From positions 1 to 47,132 of the forward strand of contig JBDREC010000068.1 in the NCBI GenBank assembly GCA_043820105.1: a stretch of 47,132 nt of DNA. The letters run 5' to 3'. Shown here one piece after another: positions 17,993 through 26,686 of this stretch; positions within the stretch are counted from its first letter, which is position 1, and each line of letters starts with the position of its first letter. Position numbers and translations under genes: made by a program. The notes under the pieces are model-generated. The model searched no databases and was not told the DNA's origin. It was given only the letters and a program-made list of their open reading frames with translations. Source of the stretch: Pseudomonadota bacterium. Lineage in GTDB: Bacteria; Bdellovibrionota_F; JAHFAK01; JBDREC01.

Positions 17993-18652
17993 ATGTCTAA
18001 AGAAATTGAAAATAATAAAAAGACTTTATTAAAAGAATATGCAGAAATTAAGTCTTTAATAAAAAAGCGAATTAAAGAATTTAAATTAGCTTTTTTTAAA
18101 GGAGAAGATGAGAAATTATTTTCAGAACTTGTTTTTTGTATATTTACACCTCAGTCAAAGGCGAAAAATTGTTGGCAGACTGTTGAAAGGCTTGTAAAAA
18201 AAGATCTTCTATTCAAGGGAAATGCTAAAATATTAGCTTCTCATATGAATTATGTTAGGTTTAGAAATAATAAAGCTAATTATGTAGTTGCTGCCAGAGA
18301 ATTATTTAAGGTTAATAAAGAAAATAATTTAAGAAATACAATTTTATCATTTGATGATACTTTTAGCCTTAGAAACTGGCTTGTTGATAATGTCAAAGGT
18401 TATGGTTATAAAGAAGCCAGTCATTTTTTAAGAAATATTGGATATGGAGATAAACTTGCAATTTTAGATAGACATATATTAAAAAATCTTAAGCTTTTTG
18501 GTGTTATCAATGAAATTCCAAGAACTATAACAAAAAAAGTATATTATGAAATCGAAACAAAGATGCTCTCTTTTTCAAAAGAATTAAATATACCAGCAGA
18601 TCATCTTGATTTGCTATTTTGGTATAAAGAAGCAGGCGAGGTTTTTAAATGA
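17993..18652 (+). CDS. ogg: 8-oxoguanine N-glycosylase/DNA lyase (archaeal/Thermotoga Ogg type)
   Basis: ELVFCIFTPQS, RFRNNKA, KGYGYKEASHFLRNIG, AILDRHIL, LDLLFWYKEAGEVFK. Confidence 0.9.
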   Translation: MSKEIENNKKTLLKEYAEIKSLIKKRIKEFKLAFFKGEDEKLFSELVFCIFTPQSKAKNCWQTVERLVKKDLLFKGNAKILASHMNYVRFRNNKANYVVAARELFKVNKENNLRNTILSFDDTFSLRNWLVDNVKGYGYKEASHFLRNIGYGDKLAILDRHILKNLKLFGVINEIPRTITKKVYYEIETKMLSFSKELNIPADHLDLLFWYKEAGEVFK

Positions 18653-19029
18653 AATTGAATTATAAACGGTTTCTAAAAAAGTTTGGTAAAATATTATTAA
18701 TTTGGATCATCTTAGTAGAGCTTTTGATTATTGGCTCCTATTTTGAAATTGATAAATCAATTTTAGCTGGTTCACTTTTTATTATTGGTATTTTATCAAA
18801 TGCTTTTACTGGTTTGATAGCACTAATTGCAGTTGTTCCTATAGCAGGACCATTACTTGCAACTGCTTTATCAGCTCCAATTTTGTGGGTTGTAAATGGA
18901 ATCGGTTATTTGGTTTCACTTGTAGCTGTAAAAAAAGGTTATAAGAGAAGGGTTTTAAACTCACGGATATTATCAATTGTTTTTTTGCTTGGAACTGTTG
19001 TTGGTTTCATAATTGGACGCTTAGTATAA
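18649..19029 (+). CDS. Hypothetical membrane protein
   Basis: Several hydrophobic segments; ATGA overlap with ogg. Confidence 0.7.
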   Translation: MKLNYKRFLKKFGKILLIWIILVELLIIGSYFEIDKSILAGSLFIIGILSNAFTGLIALIAVVPIAGPLLATALSAPILWVVNGIGYLVSLVAVKKGYKRRVLNSRILSIVFLLGTVVGFIIGRLV

Positions 19030-19049
19030 GGAGATTAAACAAGCATAAA

Positions 19050-19094
19050 TTCCAATCTCAATTGTAATTCTAATCTTAATCCTAATCCTAATCT
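19050..19094. repeat. Degenerate hexamer repeat (TAATCY-type)
   Basis: CCAATCTCAATTGTAATTCTAATCTTAATCCTAATCCTAATCT between convergent genes. Confidence 0.7.
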
Positions 19095-22000
19095 AAAATC
19101 CACAAGTAGAATCAAGTGAATTGTCATTAGGGGCAGATGTCTCGCTTCCTGAGACAGTTTCAGAACCAGAGCTTGTTTCTTCTCCACTTACTGTTTTCTC
19201 ACCAGACAAGGTTTTTTCACCACTCACTGTTGGATTTGATAAAAAGGTTGTAATCTGAGGTATGTTAAAAGTATCAGACACTTGATTAGGTAGTGTTGAT
19301 GTCGCTTTTTGAAATTTTTGAGTTTTAGCAAAATTTAAAACCGCATTTTCATTTGGAAAAATTAGAAAATCCAAATAAGAAGCATTTGGTGTAAGAAATA
19401 ATGGGTTATCTTTTTTGGGATATAAAATAGAAAGAATAGGTGTTTGTTCTTTCCAAAGCCATTTTCCAATAGATTGTGCATATGAAAATGGAGACCTAAA
19501 GCTAGCCCCTATTAACTTCCCAAAGGTTATATCATTTGTTAGGCTTGAAGAGCCAAAACGATTTATTATGGAATTTGTTGGATCTTTTAAGCTTGCATAA
19601 AGTTTTAAATCATTAAAATATGAAGATAAAGCAACTTGAGCTAATTCATTTAGATTGCCTCTTGCTGACTTTCCAAAACGACCTCCACCACCACGAGCAC
19701 TATCGCTTGATCTAATTGAATTTACATTTTTATAAATTGGATTTGAAGTTAAGCTTTCGCCAATTGAATAGTTATAGCCATAAGATAAGCTTGGTTTTGG
19801 AAAAACCGGTAAAGATGGGAAAATTGAAGAATATATACCTGTGTCAATGAAACCCATATTAAGTCTTGAACCAATTTTTGTTACTTCAGGATTAGATATT
19901 GAAAATAAACCTAGAGGTTCAGCATATCTTATTGGATTGTTTCTGCAAAATGAATATTCATTCATTCCACCGGCCAGGCCAATGGGATCAGGTGTTATGA
20001 ATCTTCCCATTATTGGATTATAAAATCTGTTTTTCATATAGTATAAACCAATATCTTTAAAATATAAATGTCCTTGATAGGATATTCCGAAATCTTGCAT
20101 TGTTTCAGAATTGATTTTACCAAATGGTCCATATTCTCTTTTACTCACTTCTTCTGTTTTTGAATTATATAATGCTATTAAGGAATTATTTTTATCAGTT
20201 AAAGGATAAAAAATGGTATTATCTTTCCAAATTGCTATTAGATCCATTTTTTGATCATAAAAATAATAATCAAGAATTTGATAACTTTTATTGAGCCGTG
20301 CAATGAGATTTATCCCGTTATAGATATAATAAGTTTTATCATTGCCCTGTGTTGCGGAATAGAGCCTGCCCCAAGGGTCATATTCAAATGAAATTACTTT
20401 TTTTGCATTTAAGATAACTTCTGAAAGATAATCATCATCATTATATTTATATTCTATTCTCTTATTTTTGCTTAAGCTTTTTATCAGCTTACCATTTTTA
20501 TCAAAGGCATATTTAACAGAACCAATTTGGTAGAGTTGAGAAAGCCTGTTGTATTTGTAAGGAATTTCAATATTCTTTCTCTTATAAGAAGTTCGATCAG
20601 AATTTTTATTATAATCATAACTAATAACTGAGTTTGATTTATCCTTAACCTTTGTAATTCTATAGCTTTTGTCATATTGATATTCATAAACATTATCATC
20701 AGTGATATAGGAAAGAACATTACCAAGTGAATCATAGATATATTCAACAGAGGCCAAGACTTTGCCATTTTTATTTTTTAAAACTTTTTTTCTTAATTCA
20801 TGGTTTTTTGTGTAAGAGTATTCAAGCTTAACTTTTTCAGGATATATAATCTCAGACATTCTATTTTTAGTATCATATAAAAAAGAAACATTTTTTAAAT
20901 TAGTTAAGCCCAATTGCATAAGAGCCTTATCTTGTCTGTATTTATATGTAGTCTCTAAATTATCAAATTTAAATGCAGTATTTTGTTTTTGGGAGTCATA
21001 AGTAAATAAAAGAGATTTATTCAATTTTTCATAAGATATTTTATCAAGGTCACCTTTTACGCCATAGTCGTATTTTATTGACTCAGAATTGTTTTTAGCA
21101 GTAATAATATTTCCAGAATTATCATAATTAAAAACTTTGTTATTTTTTGAAGATGTGGAAACTTGAGTTAAATTATTGAGGATGCTAAAGGAAAACTTTT
21201 TAATGACGTTATTATTGTTTGTAAAAGCTTCTCTGTTTCCAATTTTATCATATTTATATTTTGCAAGGCTTCCGTTTTCATCTTCAATAGAAGTAAGTCT
21301 ATTTAAAAGATCATATTGAAAAGTATAGCTTGAGTTAATTGGATTTTTGAATTTAATAATATTTCCAAGCGTGTCATAAGTGAAATTATATTGGCCCATA
21401 TCTGGATTAATATATTTTATGAGCCTATCCATTAAGTCATATTCAAAGTATTCGCGGTTTCCAAATACATCTGAAATCCATTTTACATTTCCATTATTGT
21501 CATAGGAAAACGTGATTTGTTGGTTAAGTTCATTCGTAACTTTTTTTATTCTTCCAGTTGAATCATATTCAAAGTTTAAATTATTTCCAAGGGAACTAGA
21601 TATCTTTTCAATGTGTCCTTTTGCATCATAGTGATATGCCTGTTTCTCAGAAGAAGGTAGTACTTGACCAACAATTCTTGAAAATTTGTCATAGATAAAT
21701 GTTGTAGTAGTGCCATCTGGATGTTTAATTGAAGTTAGATTTGAATTCAAATCATATGTATAACTTGTAACATTGTTATAGGGATCTTCTTTTGTTATAA
21801 GTCTGCCATTTAAGTCATATGTATATTTCCACTCTTGGGATGCTGGATTTCGAATTGAGGTTATTTGATTACTCTTATTATATTTAAAAAAGTAAAGGCC
21901 TTCACTTGGATCACTTATGCTTGCAACACGTGACAAAGGGTCATATTTATATTTTGTTTGCTGCTTTGCTGGGTTAGTATATGAAATTACATTTCCCAGG

Positions 22001-23880
22001 CTATCATATGCAAATGTGTGTATATTATTGTATGGATCAATAACTTCAATTATTCTGTCTGCTAAATCATATTTATATTTCATTGTACTGGTATTGTTTA
22101 CAGAATAAGTTGTTATATTGCCATTGGAGTCATAACTGATTGTAGCAATATTATCCAGTGCATCTTTTATGGCTATTATATTACCTGACTTATCATATTT
22201 AAATTGGAATACACCTTTTTGGGGATCTGTTAACTTTGTTGTTCGTGATAAAGCATCATGATTAAATTTTGTAACATTACCTGAAGCATCCATAATGGCT
22301 TCTAGGTTTCCGTATTTGTCATAGGTCAAGCGTTTTTCTTTTTGTTTTTGATCAATGATTGAAGATAAAAGGCCATTTAGATGATATCTATATGATACCT
22401 GGTTGCCTTTTGTATCTGTGTTTGAAATAAGTCTATATTTAGGATCATATTCATAAATAGATGAACCTGTCTTATCTTTTATTTCAGTCACGAAATTGAC
22501 TCGGTTGTAATCAATTAGTGCGATGTTCCCAAGAGCATCTTTAACCTTTGTTTTATTGCCGTATTTATCTAAAGTGTATTCAGTTTTTTGACCATCCTTT
22601 TGCTTCATTTTAATAATTTTATTACAAATCGGCGAAAAATAATATTCTGTTTTTTGTCCAAGGGGATCATTTATTATCGTTTTATTCTCATCGTTTTTAT
22701 ATTCATATCTATAAATATTTCCACTTGCATCTGTTATTTTTCTCCAATAGAAGTTGTCAGCAGAATCGCCATTATAAAAATATGAGCTTACCATTCCTTT
22801 TTCAGGTCCAGTTTGTTTTATAATTCTTTTTTTTGTGTAAATTTTATCATATTCAATGTTAACAATGCCTTTATTTGGATAAGTTATCTGAGTAATGTAA
22901 TGCATATTATTATAAGCATAGCGAGTGTAATTTCCGTTTAAATCTTTGGCAGAAAGCATATTGCTGTCACTGTCATATCTGAATTCAATATCATTGTTAT
23001 CAGGATCAGTAATTCTTTTTACTAATTTGTTAGAAGTATCATAAAATAAGCGTATTGATCGACCCTTAGAATCAATTATGTTTTGTAAATTATCTTTAAT
23101 ATAGGTAAGCTCAATATAATTTCCATTTGGGTCTGAAATCTTTATTAGATAGCCTTTATTATTGAAGTCATATTTCATGCCATTATAGATAGTTAAAGCA
23201 TAACCATCCTTGCTTTTAATTATATACTTAAATCCTGAACTTAAAGAATAGTAGGTGCCCTGAGAAATTTTTTCACTTACATTTCTATATCTTGTTTTAT
23301 AGCCCTTTAAAAAATTTTTATCGCTAAGCATTCTTTCCAGCATTTTTTCATAATAAGTTTCGCGCCTTAAAATATTATTTTTTTCATCGTCTTTTTTGGC
23401 TTGCTCAATTAATTTTTCAGCTAAAATATTGTTTTTATTTCCATTAGCAACTGATGCAGAAAATACAGAAACAAAACCAGTTGCATCTGTTACCTCAATA
23501 TAGCCATATTGGTTTTCAAATACTCTAATATTGTAATTATGAGTCCAACCATATCCAAGATTTGATTTTTTCTTGTCAAAACTATTATACATTCTAAAAA
23601 ATGTAAGTGGAAGCTGCCCAGCTATATAAATATCTTCATAGCCTAAATAAAAATTTCCATTTTTTAAATTAACCGGATCTGGCCACTTGTGTATCCAGAA
23701 ATCTGGATTTGATGTGAAATATTCAGCTAAGGACTCTTTCCCCAGGTAAGAACTATGAAGACTAAAAGGATTTGCACTTTCAGTTTCGCAGATATCAGTT
23801 TCAATATTTGCAAAAACATTTGCAAGAGCTGAGATGGTAATGATTATTAGTAAAAAGCATATACTTTTAATTTTTTTCAT
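19093..23880 (-). CDS. Secreted DUF6531 + YD/RHS-repeat protein with RHS core and 270-aa C-terminal extension
   Basis: Signal peptide; DPVNLKNGNF..RMYNS..LGYGW; many YDxxGN repeats; GLYYMKNRFYNPIMGRFITPDPIG..NNPIRYAEPLGL. Confidence 0.92.
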   Translation of the reverse strand: MKKIKSICFLLIIITISALANVFANIETDICETESANPFSLHSSYLGKESLAEYFTSNPDFWIHKWPDPVNLKNGNFYLGYEDIYIAGQLPLTFFRMYNSFDKKKSNLGYGWTHNYNIRVFENQYGYIEVTDATGFVSVFSASVANGNKNNILAEKLIEQAKKDDEKNNILRRETYYEKMLERMLSDKNFLKGYKTRYRNVSEKISQGTYYSLSSGFKYIIKSKDGYALTIYNGMKYDFNNKGYLIKISDPNGNYIELTYIKDNLQNIIDSKGRSIRLFYDTSNKLVKRITDPDNNDIEFRYDSDSNMLSAKDLNGNYTRYAYNNMHYITQITYPNKGIVNIEYDKIYTKKRIIKQTGPEKGMVSSYFYNGDSADNFYWRKITDASGNIYRYEYKNDENKTIINDPLGQKTEYYFSPICNKIIKMKQKDGQKTEYTLDKYGNKTKVKDALGNIALIDYNRVNFVTEIKDKTGSSIYEYDPKYRLISNTDTKGNQVSYRYHLNGLLSSIIDQKQKEKRLTYDKYGNLEAIMDASGNVTKFNHDALSRTTKLTDPQKGVFQFKYDKSGNIIAIKDALDNIATISYDSNGNITTYSVNNTSTMKYKYDLADRIIEVIDPYNNIHTFAYDSLGNVISYTNPAKQQTKYKYDPLSRVASISDPSEGLYFFKYNKSNQITSIRNPASQEWKYTYDLNGRLITKEDPYNNVTSYTYDLNSNLTSIKHPDGTTTTFIYDKFSRIVGQVLPSSEKQAYHYDAKGHIEKISSSLGNNLNFEYDSTGRIKKVTNELNQQITFSYDNNGNVKWISDVFGNREYFEYDLMDRLIKYINPDMGQYNFTYDTLGNIIKFKNPINSSYTFQYDLLNRLTSIEDENGSLAKYKYDKIGNREAFTNNNNVIKKFSFSILNNLTQVSTSSKNNKVFNYDNSGNIITAKNNSESIKYDYGVKGDLDKISYEKLNKSLLFTYDSQKQNTAFKFDNLETTYKYRQDKALMQLGLTNLKNVSFLYDTKNRMSEIIYPEKVKLEYSYTKNHELRKKVLKNKNGKVLASVEYIYDSLGNVLSYITDDNVYEYQYDKSYRITKVKDKSNSVISYDYNKNSDRTSYKRKNIEIPYKYNRLSQLYQIGSVKYAFDKNGKLIKSLSKNKRIEYKYNDDDYLSEVILNAKKVISFEYDPWGRLYSATQGNDKTYYIYNGINLIARLNKSYQILDYYFYDQKMDLIAIWKDNTIFYPLTDKNNSLIALYNSKTEEVSKREYGPFGKINSETMQDFGISYQGHLYFKDIGLYYMKNRFYNPIMGRFITPDPIGLAGGMNEYSFCRNNPIRYAEPLGLFSISNPEVTKIGSRLNMGFIDTGIYSSIFPSLPVFPKPSLSYGYNYSIGESLTSNPIYKNVNSIRSSDSARGGGGRFGKSARGNLNELAQVALSSYFNDLKLYASLKDPTNSIINRFGSSSLTNDITFGKLIGASFRSPFSYAQSIGKWLWKEQTPILSILYPKKDNPLFLTPNASYLDFLIFPNENAVLNFAKTQKFQKATSTLPNQVSDTFNIPQITTFLSNPTVSGEKTLSGEKTVSGEETSSGSETVSGSETSAPNDNSLDSTCGF

Positions 23881-24017
23881 ATATTAACACAATATTTAAA
23901 TTTAACTAAATACTATTGTATTGATTATAAATCTTATTACAATATTTTTTTGTTTACATATGAATTTTACTATAGTGAATTATGGTCAATTATGTTTTTA
24001 ATTCAAAAGAGGTTTAT

Positions 24018-25604
24018 ATGCTAGATATTAAGAAAAAAGCAGAGCAATATTTTAAGGTTCAGATTGATCCGGATATTAGTTGTTTAACTGGAAATGACAA
24101 AAAAGTGATTAAACTACTTATTAAGGCTACTGATGAAATGACAAAAATCTATTTAAGGCAAATGCAAGAGAACAATCTGCAGTGGCTAAAAGAGCTTGAG
24201 GAAGGAAAAATTGGAAATAAAGACATATTACACTTTTTCAAAATAAATAATGGACCCTATGATGAGTTTCGTGAACATGAAAAATTTCTAGAGCAGGCTC
24301 CTGATTATTTTAAGGGTGCTAACTATTATCCACAAGATATGACCAAGGAAGAGTTTGAGGCTTGGCTGGAAGCTCACCCTGAAGATAAGGAAGCCTTTAC
24401 CTCGGAGTTCTCTGTAATTAGACGTGATGGTGATAAGCTTATCTCAGTTCCATATTCTGTATGTTTTAAAGAACAAATTGACAAGGCTTCTGCTTATTTG
24501 AAAGAGGCTGCTGAATATGCAGATAATGCATCTTTAAAAGATTTTTTAGTAAAAAGATCAGCTGATTTATTAAATGATAATTATTATGACTCAGATGTTG
24601 CCTGGATGAAACTTGAAAATAATCTTGTTGAGCCAACTTGCGGTCCTTATGAAGTTTATTCAGATTATTTGTTTTCATATAAAGCAGCTTTTGAATCCTT
24701 TATAACTATTAAAGATCAAGTAGCTTCAGATAAGCTAGATAGATTTAAAGAATATCTAGAAGAACTTGATAACAGTCTGCCTCTTGATCCAAAATATAAA
24801 ACAAGAAAAAGACCACAAGATGCACCTATGGTTGTGGTGAATCTTTTATATGCAGGTGGGGAGGCTAATAATTGTGGCAAAGCTATTGCTTTTAATCTTC
24901 CTAATGATGAAAAAGTAAGATCAGAGTTAGGTGGCAAAAAAACCATGATGAAAAATGTTATGGAAGCCAAAGCTAATGCCATTTTAAAACCAATAGGTCA
25001 GGCAATTTTATCTGAAAGTGAACAGGAATTTATTGATGGTGAAATGTTCTTTTACAGGGTCTTATTTCATGAAATCGGCCACTCAATGGGACCTGGAATT
25101 ATGCTAAATGAAAAAGGTGAAGAAATATCAGTATACAAGAGCCTAAAAGAACTGCACAATACAATGGAAGAAGCAAAAGCAGATCTCTTTGCATTCTTTG
25201 CAATGGATTGGTGCATAAATAAAGGTCTTTTTGATGAATCATGTAGGCAAAGCCTTTGGATTACTAATATCCCTGATTTAATCAGAACAGTTAGAAAAGG
25301 TGTTAATGAAGCTCATGGCGCTTCAAATCTGATGCAATTTAATTACTTCAAAGAAAATGGCGCCTTAATATATGATGAAGAAAAGAAAAAATACACTGTT
25401 GATCTTTCAAAGGCATTTGAAGTAAGCAAAAATGCTTTAGCAGAAATCTTAGACCTGCAAGCAAGCTGTGATTACGATAAAACAAAAGAGTTTATTGCTA
25501 AATACACAGAAAAAGACCCTCACTTATTTGAAATGATTGACTCCTTACAAGACATTCCTATGGATATTGAATATGAATTTGTTGGAGTTGGGAAGTTAGG
25601 CTAG
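24018..25604 (+). CDS. Peptidase family M49-like (dipeptidyl peptidase III / Nudix hydrolase 3-type)
   Basis: GANYYP, GPYEVYSD, AFNLPNDE, HEIGH, MEEAKAD, EAHG; GAGG RBS before ATG 24018. Confidence 0.85.
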   Translation: MLDIKKKAEQYFKVQIDPDISCLTGNDKKVIKLLIKATDEMTKIYLRQMQENNLQWLKELEEGKIGNKDILHFFKINNGPYDEFREHEKFLEQAPDYFKGANYYPQDMTKEEFEAWLEAHPEDKEAFTSEFSVIRRDGDKLISVPYSVCFKEQIDKASAYLKEAAEYADNASLKDFLVKRSADLLNDNYYDSDVAWMKLENNLVEPTCGPYEVYSDYLFSYKAAFESFITIKDQVASDKLDRFKEYLEELDNSLPLDPKYKTRKRPQDAPMVVVNLLYAGGEANNCGKAIAFNLPNDEKVRSELGGKKTMMKNVMEAKANAILKPIGQAILSESEQEFIDGEMFFYRVLFHEIGHSMGPGIMLNEKGEEISVYKSLKELHNTMEEAKADLFAFFAMDWCINKGLFDESCRQSLWITNIPDLIRTVRKGVNEAHGASNLMQFNYFKENGALIYDEEKKKYTVDLSKAFEVSKNALAEILDLQASCDYDKTKEFIAKYTEKDPHLFEMIDSLQDIPMDIEYEFVGVGKLG

Positions 25605-25647
25605 TTAGGATTCATCATTGTTGTGTGCACGAGCAAGTGTTAAATTT

Positions 25648-26418
25648 TTAGATTTTATTTCCAATCAAAGAAGCAAGCGATAATTTTAAATCAGATTCTA
25701 AAGAAGTCAAAAATCTCATTTTATCCTTCTGAAAAAACAAGATTACATTAGACCCAAGATTAAAATGCCCTAATTCTTGCCCGATATTTAGGGTTACACC
25801 AGGGTTTATTAGTTCTATGGTTCCAACTCCCAATGCACCCACTGCTGCAAGGGCTACTTTTCCAAATTCATTACTTTCAATAAGCACAAATTTCCTCTCA
25901 TTTTTCCAATAAAGTGAAGGAAAGTACTTTCTTGTTGGTTTATTAACAGGTAGTAGTTTGCCTTTTATATGAATAGACTTTGTTATTTTGCCACTGATTG
26001 GCATATGAATTCTATGATAATCAGATGGTCTTAAATGAATGCTGATGTGATTTCCGTCTTCAAATTCGTTTGCAATATCAGGGTCTTCGAAGAACTCTTC
26101 AAGGTTGCCTTCAAACCCCTTGGATCTGATTAAACTTCCACACGGACCATGACTAATTATCAAACCATCAACAGGTGAAACAACTATTTCAGCATTATCA
26201 AGGTGAGGATTATGTTTTAAAGGTCTAATAAAAAATTCCCGTAACGATTTATAATAAGCAAAATTTTCTTTATATTTCGACATATCGATTTTATAAAGTT
26301 TGGCATATATTTCATTAATTCTCTTTTGTATAAACATTGGGAATCTAATAGAAGCAAATTTGCCAACAATAAAGCTAAAAAGATTTGTTGGTAAAAATAA
26401 TAAAATTAGCTTTTTCAT
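25648..26418 (-). CDS. psd: Phosphatidylserine decarboxylase-family proenzyme
   Basis: FFIRPLK, SPVDG, LRPSDYHRIHMP, NER, VGALGVGTI, ELGHFNLGS self-cleavage motif. Confidence 0.88.
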   Translation of the reverse strand: MKKLILLFLPTNLFSFIVGKFASIRFPMFIQKRINEIYAKLYKIDMSKYKENFAYYKSLREFFIRPLKHNPHLDNAEIVVSPVDGLIISHGPCGSLIRSKGFEGNLEEFFEDPDIANEFEDGNHISIHLRPSDYHRIHMPISGKITKSIHIKGKLLPVNKPTRKYFPSLYWKNERKFVLIESNEFGKVALAAVGALGVGTIELINPGVTLNIGQELGHFNLGSNVILFFQKDKMRFLTSLESDLKLSLASLIGNKI

Positions 26419-26557
26419 GAAAAGGGACTTTACATAAGGAAAGTTTTTAGTCAACTAAATCTATGTTCTTTGTGCACTTTTGACCAATTTTAGTTTATTA
26501 ACACAGGCAACTCTTCGTAAGATGCTGAAAACAAATGATAAAACAAGTTTGGCTTCA

Positions 26558-26574
26558 TTGGCATAGCAATTGCT
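26558..26574 (+). promoter_or_regulatory. Sigma-54 (-24/-12) promoter
   Basis: TTGGCATAGCAATTGCT with exact GG-N10-GC spacing. Confidence 0.75.
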
Positions 26575-26584
26575 ATAAAAACAT

Positions 26585-26669
26585 AGTAAGTTATTTCAAA
26601 GGTAACTGAACTCTTTGTATTTTTAGCCATAATCAAAGACGGCGGGGAAAATTTTCCCCGCCTTTTTTT
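26585..26669 (+). ncRNA. Candidate sigma-54-dependent small RNA, about 85 nt
   Basis: Lies between a sigma-54 promoter and a plus-strand intrinsic terminator; no ORF; two internal hairpins. Confidence 0.55.
26641..26669 (+). terminator. Rho-independent terminator
   Basis: Perfect palindrome GGCGGGGAAAATTTTCCCCGCC followed by T7. Confidence 0.9.
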
Positions 26670-26686
26670 ATGCCCAAAATAATTAC

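Noticed and set aside
18649-19029. Immunity gene for the RHS protein
   Set aside because: It is on the opposite strand and translationally coupled to ogg.
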